Origin: Blastocystis sp. subtype 4
Taxonomy: Eukaryota
Length of the DNA stretch: 54,338 nucleotides
Assembly (NCBI RefSeq): GCF_000743755.1
Contig: NW_014569433.1
Location: 1-54,338, forward strand
Reading direction: 5' to 3'
A model generated the notes under the pieces. The model worked only from the letters and a program-made list of their open reading frames with translations, ran no database searches and had not been told where the DNA came from. The position numbers and the translations under genes are program-made. Below are positions 36,985 through 48,588 of the stretch, piece after piece. The first letter of the stretch is position 1. The number at the start of each line of letters is the position of its first letter.

Positions 36985-38606
36985 ATGGTACAGCCACTGT
37001 ATCCCTAATCTAATTACATAGAGAAAGAAGAAGTTTGATAAAAAGACAGCACAGGTTTTTCTTCTTGTGAATCGAAGTCGTTCAGATCACCTCTACTATG
37101 AAGAAGGTGCTACACCGAATGTCCTTGTCCCGAAAGGAGCGGAGGGTTCGATAGTAAGAGTTTGCTCGTTTTGCTAATTTGTCAGAGTTCTCTTATTGGA
37201 AGTCAGATTCAACCAAGATATGCTGAAGGTGATGATTATGGTGAATATGACTATGAATACTATGATGAGTATTCTGACGAAGAGTCGGAAGAAGAGTCCT
37301 ATATGAAACGAGCACCTGGACGTATTTATGGTGAGACAACAGATGAAAACGGTCTTCCTCTTGATGGAACCGACTATGAAGCTCATATGAAGGCAGCAGG
37401 TCCTGGAATCTTCATTGCCCCCGGAGGAGCGATTCAGGAGATTGAGGAGGTATTTCTATGGGTTGTGGATCAGAACTAGTCCAGTATACAGATTGAGGAT
37501 GATTTGCTTCCGGAGGAGTTCCGAAAAGTCCAGTTACCGAAGGCTGTGAATCTAAAGTATGAGGAGGTAGATCCTGAGCTGTTGGCGGCAATGGATGCTA
37601 TTGATGCTGAGGATTGGGATGATGATGATCAGAAAGAAGAAGGATTTATTCCGGATGATTTCGTACAACAGGCTATCGAGGATAAAGGAGGAGATGATTT
37701 TGATTTTGATGCTCATATTCGGAATTTATTGAAGCAACGAGAAGAAAGAGAGAAAAGTAAAGTGGAACTCACAGAAGATCGTTACGCTGAGGAGATCCGT
37801 AAGGAACCCCCAGAAGTGGAGAATCGCGGGGATCGAGATATTGATAAGCAATTCAATATTGTGAGAGTAATGGAATGGTGTGATCTCTAGGTGATAAATC
37901 AATACAGTGAAGATGAGGATGAAGAAGCAGAAGGAGGCCATTTGACGATGGATGATGTTTTGTTCCAGGTATGTACTAAGAGGGATCTGTTATGTAGGAT
38001 GCATTAGATGAATTTCTAGATAATGAGGCCAAGGAAAAGAAGGATGGATATGAGAACTGGAGTCATGTTCGTGATGATTCTCGTCCTACCAGGACTTATA
38101 ATCAGATCATAGCAGAAGATGGTGTAAAAGAGAATGAAAGTGAGACGAAGGATGAGGAGGAGATCGAGGAAGAGGAAGAAGAGATTGGAGAATTGATTGA
38201 AATGGAATATGCGAAGCCTCCTCGAGATGATATGGACTGTGAGTCAATTTGCAGCACGTACAGCAATTTATTGAATCATCCGAAGGTGGTGATGTAGATG
38301 TTCTGGAGTTGGCTGACCTGTAGTGCTCCAAAGAAGATCGGTATTTCTAAGAAGACGGGGCTGCCTATTGTTCCGAGAGAAGAGTATGGATATAGAAATG
38401 AAGTGATTCGTAGAAAGCCTCAGGAAGAAGAGGAGGAAGAATATCTGGTTCCTGTTGAGAATTTGGGAGAGAAACGAAATAAGGGAGAAACCAAAGAGGA
38501 GAAACGGTTGAGAAAGCAACAGGTAAAGGAGATGAAGAATGCAAAACGCCAACAGAAGAAGATGTTAAAGACAGCGTTTGCTGCAATGCGGCAAGGACAG
38601 AAATGA
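36985..38606 (+). CDS. LTV1: 40S assembly factor LTV1
   Basis: FDKKTAQVFLLVNRS, DYEAHMK, DCESICSTYSNLLNHP, RNKGETKEEKRLRKQQVK. Confidence 0.9.
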
Positions 38607-38837
38607 ATACTTTAATTTAGTCTTTGTGTTTGTTATCGATGTGCTAATGGATTATGAGGTTTATTTTTCCTTCAATTCACGATTTGAAATGATTCAAATA
38701 GAAGTTTCATCTAGGGGGATTGAAACGATTCAAATCCAAAAAGCATTCTTGAATCACATCGATTCTTCACTTCTTACCCCATCTTCACACCATCCATTTT
38801 CTCAATTCAGAATTCATTGACGATCGAATCGAAAACA

Positions 38838-39641
38838 ATGGTATGATGAAATTGGATAGGAAATGCTAATTGGCGTAGGCTCCTGCTAAGAAAGCTGCTC
38901 CTGTTGCGAATCCCATCTTTGCTCCCACTCCCAAGTCTTTCAAGATTGGTGGTGATATTATGGTAGGGTGATGTGTTGATAGGGAGTGATTGGTAGCACA
39001 AGTCTGATTTGTCCCGTTTCCTCAAGTGGCCTCGTTACATTGTTCTCCAGAGACAACGTAAGGTGCTGAGCGAGCGTCTGAAGGTTCCTCCCACTGTGAA
39101 TCAGTTCAAGAACACCTTGGACAAGAACCAAGCTGCTGAAGTGTTCCGTCTCCTGTCCAAGTATTCTCCTGAGACTGCTGCTGAGAAGAAGGCCCGTCTG
39201 ATGGCAAAGGCCAAGGCTGAGAGTGAGGGAAAGCCTGTGGAGGAGAAGCGTGCTCCTTTTGTTGTGAAGTATGGTCTGAACAACGTGACAAAGCTAGTTG
39301 AGAAGAAGAAGGCTAAGTTGGTTCTGATTGCTGACGATGTTGATCCTCTGGAGTTGGTGATGTGGTTGCCTGCTCTGTGCCACAAGATGGGCGTATCATA
39401 TGCAATTGTGAAGGGTAAGGCGAGACTGGGAGCTCTGGTCCATCAGAAGACCGCTACTTGTGTGTGCTTGACTGGAGTGAATCCTGAGGATGAGGCTGCT
39501 CTCAATTCTCTTCAGGAGTCATTNACTACCAAGTATGCTGAGACCAAGAAGTGGGGTGGTGGTATTATGGGACTCAAGACTCAGCGTAAGCTCAGCATCC
39601 GTGCTGCTGCTATTGCTGCTGAGAAGGCCAAGAAGAATTAG
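38838..39641 (+). CDS. RPL7A: 60S ribosomal protein L7a (eL8); contains an N at 39524
   Basis: [58 protein letters not shown]. Confidence 0.97.
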
Positions 39642-39727
39642 ATGTGAACGAATCTGGTTTTGTCGTCATGAGTGGGATTAGTATCATCATTTGTATCATA
39701 GTTATTGTCTTTGTTAACAAACACTGT

Positions 39728-41003
39728 AGTGGTCATTTTCTGGATGAGTGGTCTTTGAAGGAATGACATGTGGTTCTTCCATTTTTACTTTCATTTCCTT
39801 TTTACCCTCAGGTTTCTTTTCCACTTCCTTTGGGGTCCACTTCACAGTGATAAAAGAACAATTCAATAATTGGAAAAAATGGAACAAGATGGCAGGCACA
39901 AGCAAAATGCCCTGACTACCCATGCTCTCAGGCAAAAACGAAATAACTAAAGAACATCAAACCATTAATTTCTACTTGTCATAGCAATAGGAAGAGTTTT
40001 CATAGAACACGTTAATGTCAAGGCTTTCATTGCTGGAAGGGGTGTCTTTGTCACTAAACATAGAAGATAGGTGAGAATGAGGAAACTATATAATAATACC
40101 ATTTCCTTATTGGTACATGTAGTGAACAACGAAAATAAGAATTAAAGAATAAAGTAAACTAAGCAAATCCAACGAGAGAAGACGATCTCGAGAAGCACTC
40201 ATCTTCACCCAAGGAACCATACACAAAAACAATGAAGAAAGAACCTTTAATATGTTGGAAGCCTTTTTAACAAACTTGGCTACGGCAGGAATTGTTGCTT
40301 GCAATGTCTACAATAACAGCACTATTCGGAATTACATATCCTATCACCATAGGCAAAGCAATTGTTAAGAGTAGTTCGATAAGAAGACTCGTGACATCCA
40401 ATTGGACCTTAAACCCACTACTACGAAACAGGATCGAAACAGAAAGTGGAGAAATAAATACGCCTAGGAGATTCGTTCCCACAGACAACAGTAGAGCAAG
40501 AGGGAAACTGCCTCCACACTACTCTTAACACATAGAGATAAAACTACCTGATCTGCGAGAATGGCAGAAGAAGCCAGGACTGTAGGAGCACAACACATCA
40601 CTGCAATTCCAATCTTCAGCTCTTCTGGTTCCAGAGGGATCTTTAAAACAAAGTAACCAGCAACCGGCGTAACAATCAAAATAAAGATGACTCCAGCGAT
40701 AAAATGCTATGATCAACCAACAACACTAGGCTTACAATCCAGTACTTCATAGCTTCTTTCACTGAACTAATATCGAGTCTTAAACCAGAAATGATGAAGA
40801 TCATAAACACGCAAAACTTCGTGAAGATAGTATCCGATAAGAAGAGTCCTAAGTGATAAAGAAAAGGTAGGACAATTACCAGGAGCTGGAAATGCAATGC
40901 CAATGACAATCGCTAAAACAAGAATTATGGGTAGATGGAACTGCATCAACTTATCTAGAATCTTTCTAGATGTTGATTTCTTAGTTCCAACTTTCTCAGT
41001 CAT
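39728..41003 (-). CDS. Na+/bile-acid symporter family (BASS4/SLC10A7-like)
   Basis: IFIISGLRL, CCAPTVLASS, TNLLGVFISP, MKTLPIA, FHFFQLL; stop predicted from poly(A) at 39728. Confidence 0.85.
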
Positions 41004-41137
41004 TGTTATTGATTGTTTCCCCGTGTTTCCCCTTTTCTACTATTCGCATAGATGATTTGACTTTGAAGATCGATTCAAATACAATAACAAAGCTAGACCA
41101 TAAACAAGTAATGCAACAAACATAATGGCTTTTTTGA

Positions 41138-41711
41138 TTAATCAGCAGGATTCAACGAAGCGGCTTCCACACCAATTGACATCATATCCCTAATTCATTT
41201 AGATGAATACACAAATCCTACTCCCTATGAAGAGAACTCATCTGTCTCATCGACCCAAGTCTCTTTTCGATTATCATCACATCCACACGTCGTTCCAGTT
41301 CTTTGACTGAAGGATACTTAAAGTAACACACCTACAATCACAACAGTCATATTGTCCTACCAATTCTTTGATAAGCAGTGCGGTCGATACAATAAATAAA
41401 AATAGGCTAAACGGAAAGACTCCCGAGCCATAGACACCTGAAGCAATGGAACCAGTAGCAGTCTGACTCATGTTATCTATTCTACACTGAAAAGATTACA
41501 GAGGCTCTCACTTGACACGATCAACCTCTGAAGAGTAACCGTATTTGATAACCATTGGTAGACCAAGAGCGAAAAAGAGAATCCAAATAACTACCACATC
41601 GATACACAAACTCATGTATTGCGAGATGAACTTCTTAAGTGAAGGTTCAAATCCAGAAGTATCACGAACTAATTTGTCAAAAGCCTTTTGTGCTTTTTCA
41701 GAACGAGCCAT
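41138..41711 (-). CDS. Small membrane protein, unknown function
   Basis: Spliceable ORF with hydrophobic helices; TAA at 41138-41140; AACAAACA at 41115-41122. Confidence 0.55.
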
Positions 41712-42174
41712 AAAGAAGTATGATTAACCTTATCCTTTGACTTATCAATGATTGGATGCACCAAAATGAGGTTTTATTCTTCTTACTCGACAAATCTTCA
41801 TTTCTAGGACTTAGAAATAGTTTCAAAACGTAGAGTCATTCTTTTTAATTTGATATGTTAGCGTTGAAGAGTGCTAGTTCTATCATGACAGCTTTTGATG
41901 CCACTTTAGCAAGGAATAATAGTTCATAGATTCTTCTTTGATAAACATTATCTAAAGATATGTGACTGATGCTGTTTCTATGGTCAATGTATATAATTCT
42001 TATTGTCCACCCAATGCTTTTTGAGTTTCGTGACGTACATGTCCAACAGTTTGTCCATAATGATTATACAATGAATACAAGAAGAAATGACGTGACTCGT
42101 AACAACTGTTCATTTAACACATTTCGTATAACCACGGGAATCAATTAATTCTAAGTAATACTAAACAGTTTCAC

Positions 42175-43794
42175 ATGGATGAGAAGATTGTTCAGAAAAC
42201 GTTTGAAGTATCGTTAAATACAATTAAAGAAGAATGTTGTCGTCAGAAGGTGGATGATGAGTTCACCAGGTCGCAGCTTGATAAGTTCATAAAAGTTACT
42301 GTGAAATATATAAAAGAACAAGCTGAAGCAATTTGTGTCGGAATTATCGCTAGTTTTGATGAATAGAAGGGAATTCCTACACATTTGATTGAATCAAGGA
42401 TACAACGGTTGAAAAGAACGTGTAACAGTATGGGTGTTGATGTAACTACTGTGTGTACTGTGTTTGTGTACTGAGTTGTAGATTATTTATTCTTTTCCAG
42501 TTCAAATCATCGAGGAAATATCATTGCGTGGTATTAATGATCCTTCAAAGTTGTTTGAATATGCCGATTCTATTCTTCTCGCTGTCGTTTGCGATGTTCT
42601 TCTCTTACTCTTAGAAGCAGTTTCAGTTGTTTTATCTTCGAAACCATTTGTATGCCTCCTTTCAACAAGCAGCAGACACTCTCGGTTTGGGAGATCAACT
42701 GACACTGGACACTACAACATCTCTTCAACATCAGTGTGAGTATTTGCGTACAACCCTTCATCAATTGCGGAGTCGTAGTGTATTCGTATTCGATGGAAAT
42801 TACAACTAGCAATCAATTGACATAATCCTCGATGAAATGTGGAACCAGGTAAAGAAGATTATGGAAACTTATAATATTGGTCTCTCGATTGCCTTGTTCA
42901 TTAGAAAGAATGTTTCTGTGCTCCTTTACTCCAAGAATAACCTATAGTCTAAAAAGGAGTGCTTTTCCTTTCTCCGTGAACTTCTTCGAGAGAATAGTTG
43001 TTATGAAGTAGAATTGGATTATCCAATGAATTGTAGTCATTTTTTCACGCATTCTGTATTCAAATTAACAAGTATTTTACAGAATGGATCAAACAGCAAC
43101 AATTAGATCCTCATTTGCAGTTTTCCTTTCAAGATCTCTTCAGTAATATGAATGCTCCTTTCATTGCCTACAAGAATAGAATTGAGACGCTTATTCCAAC
43201 AATTTGTGTAGCATTGATGCAATGTGTTACTACGAATGTAACTCGTGTTCAGGCATGTTTGCAGAAACTAGAAATTGATTCATTGGATCGTTATTTTCAA
43301 GAGCGTGTATCAAGGTATCTTTCTCGTAAAGCATCTGAATATTCCATTCCTGATGAATATCATTTGAATGAAATATATCATACTGTTCTGAAGAAGAATG
43401 AAAACTACAAGATAATATCTATGGTAGGATTATGGAGAGACGAATTGATGGATAGCAGAAACGAAATCGAGCTACATGCATTGAACAATTACTTTCTCCA
43501 TCATTTATATCACTAGGTCGATCACCAGAAGAAGTGAAAAGGTTATTGGAAACTCTCTTACGCTATGATAAAGAGGTTCTTGGGTTTATTAAACGTATTC
43601 CTATTTCTTGCTTGGATGTACTCCCTTGGATTCCAGAGAAACAATTCATTTGTCCTGTGTACTCCTCCAATCCGTTTGTCTCACTAGTAAAAGAAGTTTT
43701 GTTCATCCAGAAATTACTGTTGCTTGTTTATTACAAACACGCTATACAGCTGCCCATTCACTTGTTGGTTTCAATCCAATCACTACTGCAGTAA
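42175..43794 (+). CDS. Hypothetical helical protein (both ends uncertain; may start near 41756 and end near 43690)
   Basis: Series of + ORFs separated by ~30-nt GT-AG introns; no family recognised. Confidence 0.5.
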
Positions 43795-44655
43795 TATTAT
43801 CTGTTGAGCCTCGATCCACAGACTCTTGAATCAACTTCTCAGCACAGTTATCTATATTGCCCTACACTCACAGTCATATACAACACTCACATTCGCCACT
43901 TCCTCCTTCACAATCCGCGTTACATCTTCATCTGAAAGCACATCAAATACTCCATCACAAGCCAGTACCAGAAATTCGCTGTCCTTTGTCAGTTCCATAG
44001 AACGAACGTATGGTTCTGCTGTGATATATTGCTTGCACGAATGGTCACCAAAACTACGAGAAATTGCTAAGATACCCAAGACTCGTTGCTTCATAACAAA
44101 CCCGCCAAGACTTATGACTCGTTTCTCTTCATCTGGATCTGTAGCTTTGTGATCCTATCCATTATACACACAAACAACTCCGACGAAAGACAAACGAATA
44201 GTAGTACCGTTTGTGTATAGAACAGATCGAGAATCACCCGCATTTGCTGAATATAACATCCGTTTTCCATCTTCATTCAGAATTATAACACATACTCCTG
44301 TACATCCACTATTTCTCATATCTTCATTTTTTGATTCCATATCTGTTAGAAAAAAAGCATATTCTAATCGTTTCTCCATTGTTGTCAATGCTTCTGCTTC
44401 CATAGCTTTCAATAGGTTCAAATGAAGGTGGTTGCTTACATAGTCTGCTGTTTCTCTTCCTACGATTCAAGCAACAATCCCGTTATTACCTCCATGACCA
44501 TCATAAACAGCAGCGAAAAAAGTATCGTCATTCCCACCTAATCGAGGAATAATTGTATGTGCATCTTCCATATATCGTTGAAATCGAGCATTCTTCCTCT
44601 CCGATTGAGAAATGAAGAACACTTGAGACGATCTGGAGATCTCTTCTTGAAACAT
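43742..44655 (-). CDS. PP2C/PPM protein phosphatase (start uncertain)
   Basis: RYMEDAH, AVYDGHGG, SGCT, ANAGDSR, LAISRSFGD, LACDGVFDV, GSTDNIT. Confidence 0.93.
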
Positions 44656-44772
44656 ACAATAGTTAAAGACTGTCGAAATGTATTATGTTGCACATCATAT
44701 CTCATTTCTTTCGTTTTACTTTTTCTTGTCTGGATTGGTGATAGAAGGTAACATCACTAAATCGTTCTTCCT

Positions 44773-45873
44773 ATGGTGTTGATCGTTGTTCATATCGGAG
44801 CCGGTCACTATTCGAAGAAGAATCTTCCCTGTTAGAAGTAGTGATTTTATATGATTCTAAGCATACATGATGCTCATCCAAGGAGCTTTACTAAAGGGGA
44901 TTCAAACCTATTCATCTCAGAGCAACTCTACTCAAAAGAATCTTTCAGCAGCAACTGCAGTTATGGGAGTCTTAGAATCATCTGGACTTGTAAATTCGGG
45001 CTGTGGAAGTGCACTCAATCGAGTATGAGTGCTGTGGACACTTATAATAACTAGGACTTACATATTGAAACTGATGCTATCATGATGGATGGATCGACTG
45101 GGGCTTTGGGAGTTGTTTCATCAGCTCCAGGTATATCAAACCCATCAGATATTGCTTATTCGTTGTTGTGTGAATCGATACTTGGTTTAGAATATGGATA
45201 TTTGATACGTCCATGCATTTTATGTGGTCCCAGTATTCGACAGTATGCAGAAGAACGGGGCCTCTTGAAATCTGTTGCTATTCCTCAAAAGCGTCGTGAA
45301 GAGGGTGAAAAATATTTACATATGATTAAACGAAAACATGAAACGGATGTCTATGATACGGTTGGTTGTATTGTTCTCAATGAGACAGATATTGTTGCTG
45401 CAGGAAGTAGTGGAGGTAACTGGATGAGTATCCCAGGCCGTTCTGGGTTGTGTAGTATTCCTGGAGCAGGAATCTGGTGCGATTCGAAGTGTGCTTGCAT
45501 TTCTTCTGGAATTGGAGAATCCTGCATTCGCCGATTGTTTGCAAAGGGAGTATGTGATTTGATGAAAACAGAGAATGATCATGAAGTCGAGGTGGAACGG
45601 ATTCTTGTGGATGATTTGGAAAGCGATATGAATCGCATGAATATCACTCTTGATCCATCTTTTGGAGTGATAGTAGTGAATAAAGATGAAATACTTGAGA
45701 TGATAGTGAGTCATTCTTCAGAGATGTTTGGATATGGATATATTTATATGAATGACTCAGAATTGTCAGATGAAAATAGAATCCGAAAGAATGTGTTCGT
45801 GAAGATCTCGACTAAGGAAGTGTCAAAAAAGTGTGTTACAAACAGGATTGTTTTCTATAGTGTTTATTCTTGA
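44773..45873 (+). CDS. TASP1: Taspase-1-like Ntn hydrolase (asparaginase 2 family)
   Basis: IVVHIGAG, NSGCGSALN, ETDAIMMDG, D|TVG autoprocessing site, SSGG, PGR, SGIGE; mRNA stop may be poly(A)-made at 45856. Confidence 0.82.
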
Positions 45874-46773
45874 GCACCTGAAGAGTTAGTCTCTCCCTGT
45901 ACAGTTGCATCTTGGGTTGCTTCGCTAGTGTTCTGTTTTTCTTCAGTTTTTCCTTCTTCATCCACATCTTCAATATCCTTTTCGTAATCCTATTATTCAA
46001 TCTTCCTCCTCAATGGTCACATAAATAAAATACAATAGTAGGTACATATACAGACTACCTAAAAATGCGCCACATCCAATAAGCAACACACATACAACCA
46101 TGCAATGCTCAAATAACCACTGATTCATATTTTGTACCACCTTCTACAGATAACTAATGCAATCCAATACTTCCTCAACTATAACCATCATCCGAGACGG
46201 ATAAAAGGGAAGGGGTTGAGACTCAAATGACTTGTATCTACAAAGAAAGATACGGTCCTACTACCAACTCTCCATGCAAAAACCGAGTTACTTCTTCCAT
46301 ACTCCTCTTCCCAGAATAATCAATCATAGTTCCCTATGAATGATTCATTTAAACAACCAATACATTTGTTATGAATAGAATCGTTGGATAATGGGAGATC
46401 TGGAAGCGATTGACAAGCAATCGCTCTGCCATAACATCCACCTCACCAAACAAGACACCTGAATCATCATGTTCTGCCAAATATCTCCAAGAAGACTCAA
46501 ACTGCTTACTAGCAGGTCCCCACTACAATCAGGATTGATTTCATAGAATTACCCGAGCATAAAAGTTAATAAACCATTTCTGTTCTGGATGGTTGTCTAC
46601 CAAGTCTCTGAAAGATGTATCCTCCAATATCTGAATTACTACAATGAATTTGTTTCCAGCAAGTCATACTCTGCGAATGGACAGGAATTAGAATAAGGAG
46701 TAGGAATGATATTCTATAACACCGATTAGAAGGGAGTTTACTGTTTTCACTTGATCACATACAGAGGAATCAT
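45864..46773 (-). CDS. TMX-like thioredoxin-fold membrane protein lacking CxxC
   Basis: Signal peptide; WFINFYAR|WGPASKQF...FGEVDV...NRFQISHYPTI; TM helix and acidic tail. Confidence 0.75.
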
Positions 46774-46952
46774 TGAATAGATTTCTTTGATGTAGCTTTT
46801 CTGACTAGAATGTATGAACAGTGGTTCCATAAGTATCAAATATTGAATCATCTTCCCCATAAATCAACATTGTATGTATTCACAAACAATCCATCAAGAC
46901 TTAGGGCATTACTAAGTATCTCCCAGTTATGGAAGTGCTCTCTGAGGATTTA

Positions 46953-48509
46953 CTAATTCTTGTCCCTGAAGACAGGCTTCTGGAACTGAAGAAAGCGTGG
47001 GTCATATCGTAACTCTGGTACATATCCAGCATGTGTGTAATAGCTCATAGCATCATGCTCGATTCTCTTCCAGTTTACTCTCTTCTTTAATGCAATTGTA
47101 TAGCTATCTTTAGATCTGTCTTTGTTATCCCGCTGGTATGACTCGTACTCCATATACAAATAATGCCATTTAATTCCGCATTCAATGTTAGCGGACAAGA
47201 GATATGACATTTCCTCACAGCAATAATATGTTGGAATATCGTATCTCCACATATACTTTGCTACAGACGAATACGAAAAGAAAGGATTCACCACTAAATC
47301 GGTGTTCTTAGTGCACTGACGTACACACGTTTGCATTTTTCGATCAGAGTAGAATTTCTTACACCAACACCACTTTCGCATACTATAAATAGCAGGGTCT
47401 GTTATCAATAACGACATCACCTGCTCATGCGTTGATGGCTTATTTAGAAGTTGGTCGTCATCAAAAGTAAAACTAAAATCCGTTGGCATCAGCCCACTAA
47501 TCATATAAGAAAAATGGAAAAACGCATTCCAATTGTAGTTCCAAATATAGATTAGTTTTACACCCTTACCAATTTTCCTAATCAATGTTTCATACGATAA
47601 ATTTACAAGATTCCGATTCTGAACAACTACAATGATCTGAGGAGGTTTTGTTTGCTTTAGCAACATTGCAATCTGTTTTTGAAGATAGTTCCGTTGGTAG
47701 GTACGAATGAAGACAGTGATTGAACCATTCTGAGTAACCTCCAACGGTGCGCATTTTTGTTCTTCCATCGGAATGACAATTTGATTCGACGATAATGGGT
47801 TGGATGAAGGGAGATGAACATGAGTCCAAGGAAAAGAGGGAATTGTTACCCTATGAAGACTCGAAAATAGAGATGGAGACGAAAAGGTTATGTTTGTATT
47901 CATAATCAGTCGTCGCAAAGCAGTATTTGACAGACAGATAAATGAAGTACTATTTCCCATAGACTTCATCGTTCCACTGATAACAGTATTATCAGAATCC
48001 GAATCCTGGGCATAATATGACTTCATAATAAACATTGAAAGTTCATCCGCCATATCATTTTCATTTGTTCCATTCACCTTTACAATTATAGAGGCATCAC
48101 TTTTGTAATAGAAACTCAATAATACTGGTAGGTAATCATGATCATCCACAAAGTTTGTAATCGTCACATTCACGGAGTCTCCAAGTTGAGAAAATGCGTT
48201 TCGGTTCCGTTCATACGTTTTCTTGGAGACGACATAAAAGACATGCTGCAAATCAATTCTTCGATGATCAATCACAGGAATACGAGGAAATACAGAATCT
48301 TCGCTAATTGACAAAACAAGGTTGATGATCCACTTCTTATTCATCACATATTCAATCCTCCCATCTTCCAACTCATGATAATCATATCCCACGTGCATTC
48401 TTCCCAAAACATGAAGTGTGTGTTCATCTGCATAATTACTCGGTAGAAATGAAGACACATAAAAGAGAACAAATAAATAGACTAAGAGAAGAATGCTAAC
48501 ACATATCAT
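46953..48509 (-). CDS. Intronless type II membrane glycosyltransferase-like protein (GT-A/GT2-like)
   Basis: N-terminal anchor; ITVFIRTYQR...LLKQT.PPQIIVV; FTFDDD. Confidence 0.6.
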   Translation of the reverse strand: MICVSILLLVYLFVLFYVSSFLPSNYADEHTLHVLGRMHVGYDYHELEDGRIEYVMNKKWIINLVLSISEDSVFPRIPVIDHRRIDLQHVFYVVSKKTYERNRNAFSQLGDSVNVTITNFVDDHDYLPVLLSFYYKSDASIIVKVNGTNENDMADELSMFIMKSYYAQDSDSDNTVISGTMKSMGNSTSFICLSNTALRRLIMNTNITFSSPSLFSSLHRVTIPSFPWTHVHLPSSNPLSSNQIVIPMEEQKCAPLEVTQNGSITVFIRTYQRNYLQKQIAMLLKQTKPPQIIVVVQNRNLVNLSYETLIRKIGKGVKLIYIWNYNWNAFFHFSYMISGLMPTDFSFTFDDDQLLNKPSTHEQVMSLLITDPAIYSMRKWCWCKKFYSDRKMQTCVRQCTKNTDLVVNPFFSYSSVAKYMWRYDIPTYYCCEEMSYLLSANIECGIKWHYLYMEYESYQRDNKDRSKDSYTIALKKRVNWKRIEHDAMSYYTHAGYVPELRYDPRFLQFQKPVFRDKN

Positions 48510-48588
48510 GACTGTTGGCAATGATTGAACAATTCAATGAGATCTTCGCCACGTTGATTATTAAAACAAACCCAGTTGATAACGCAAT

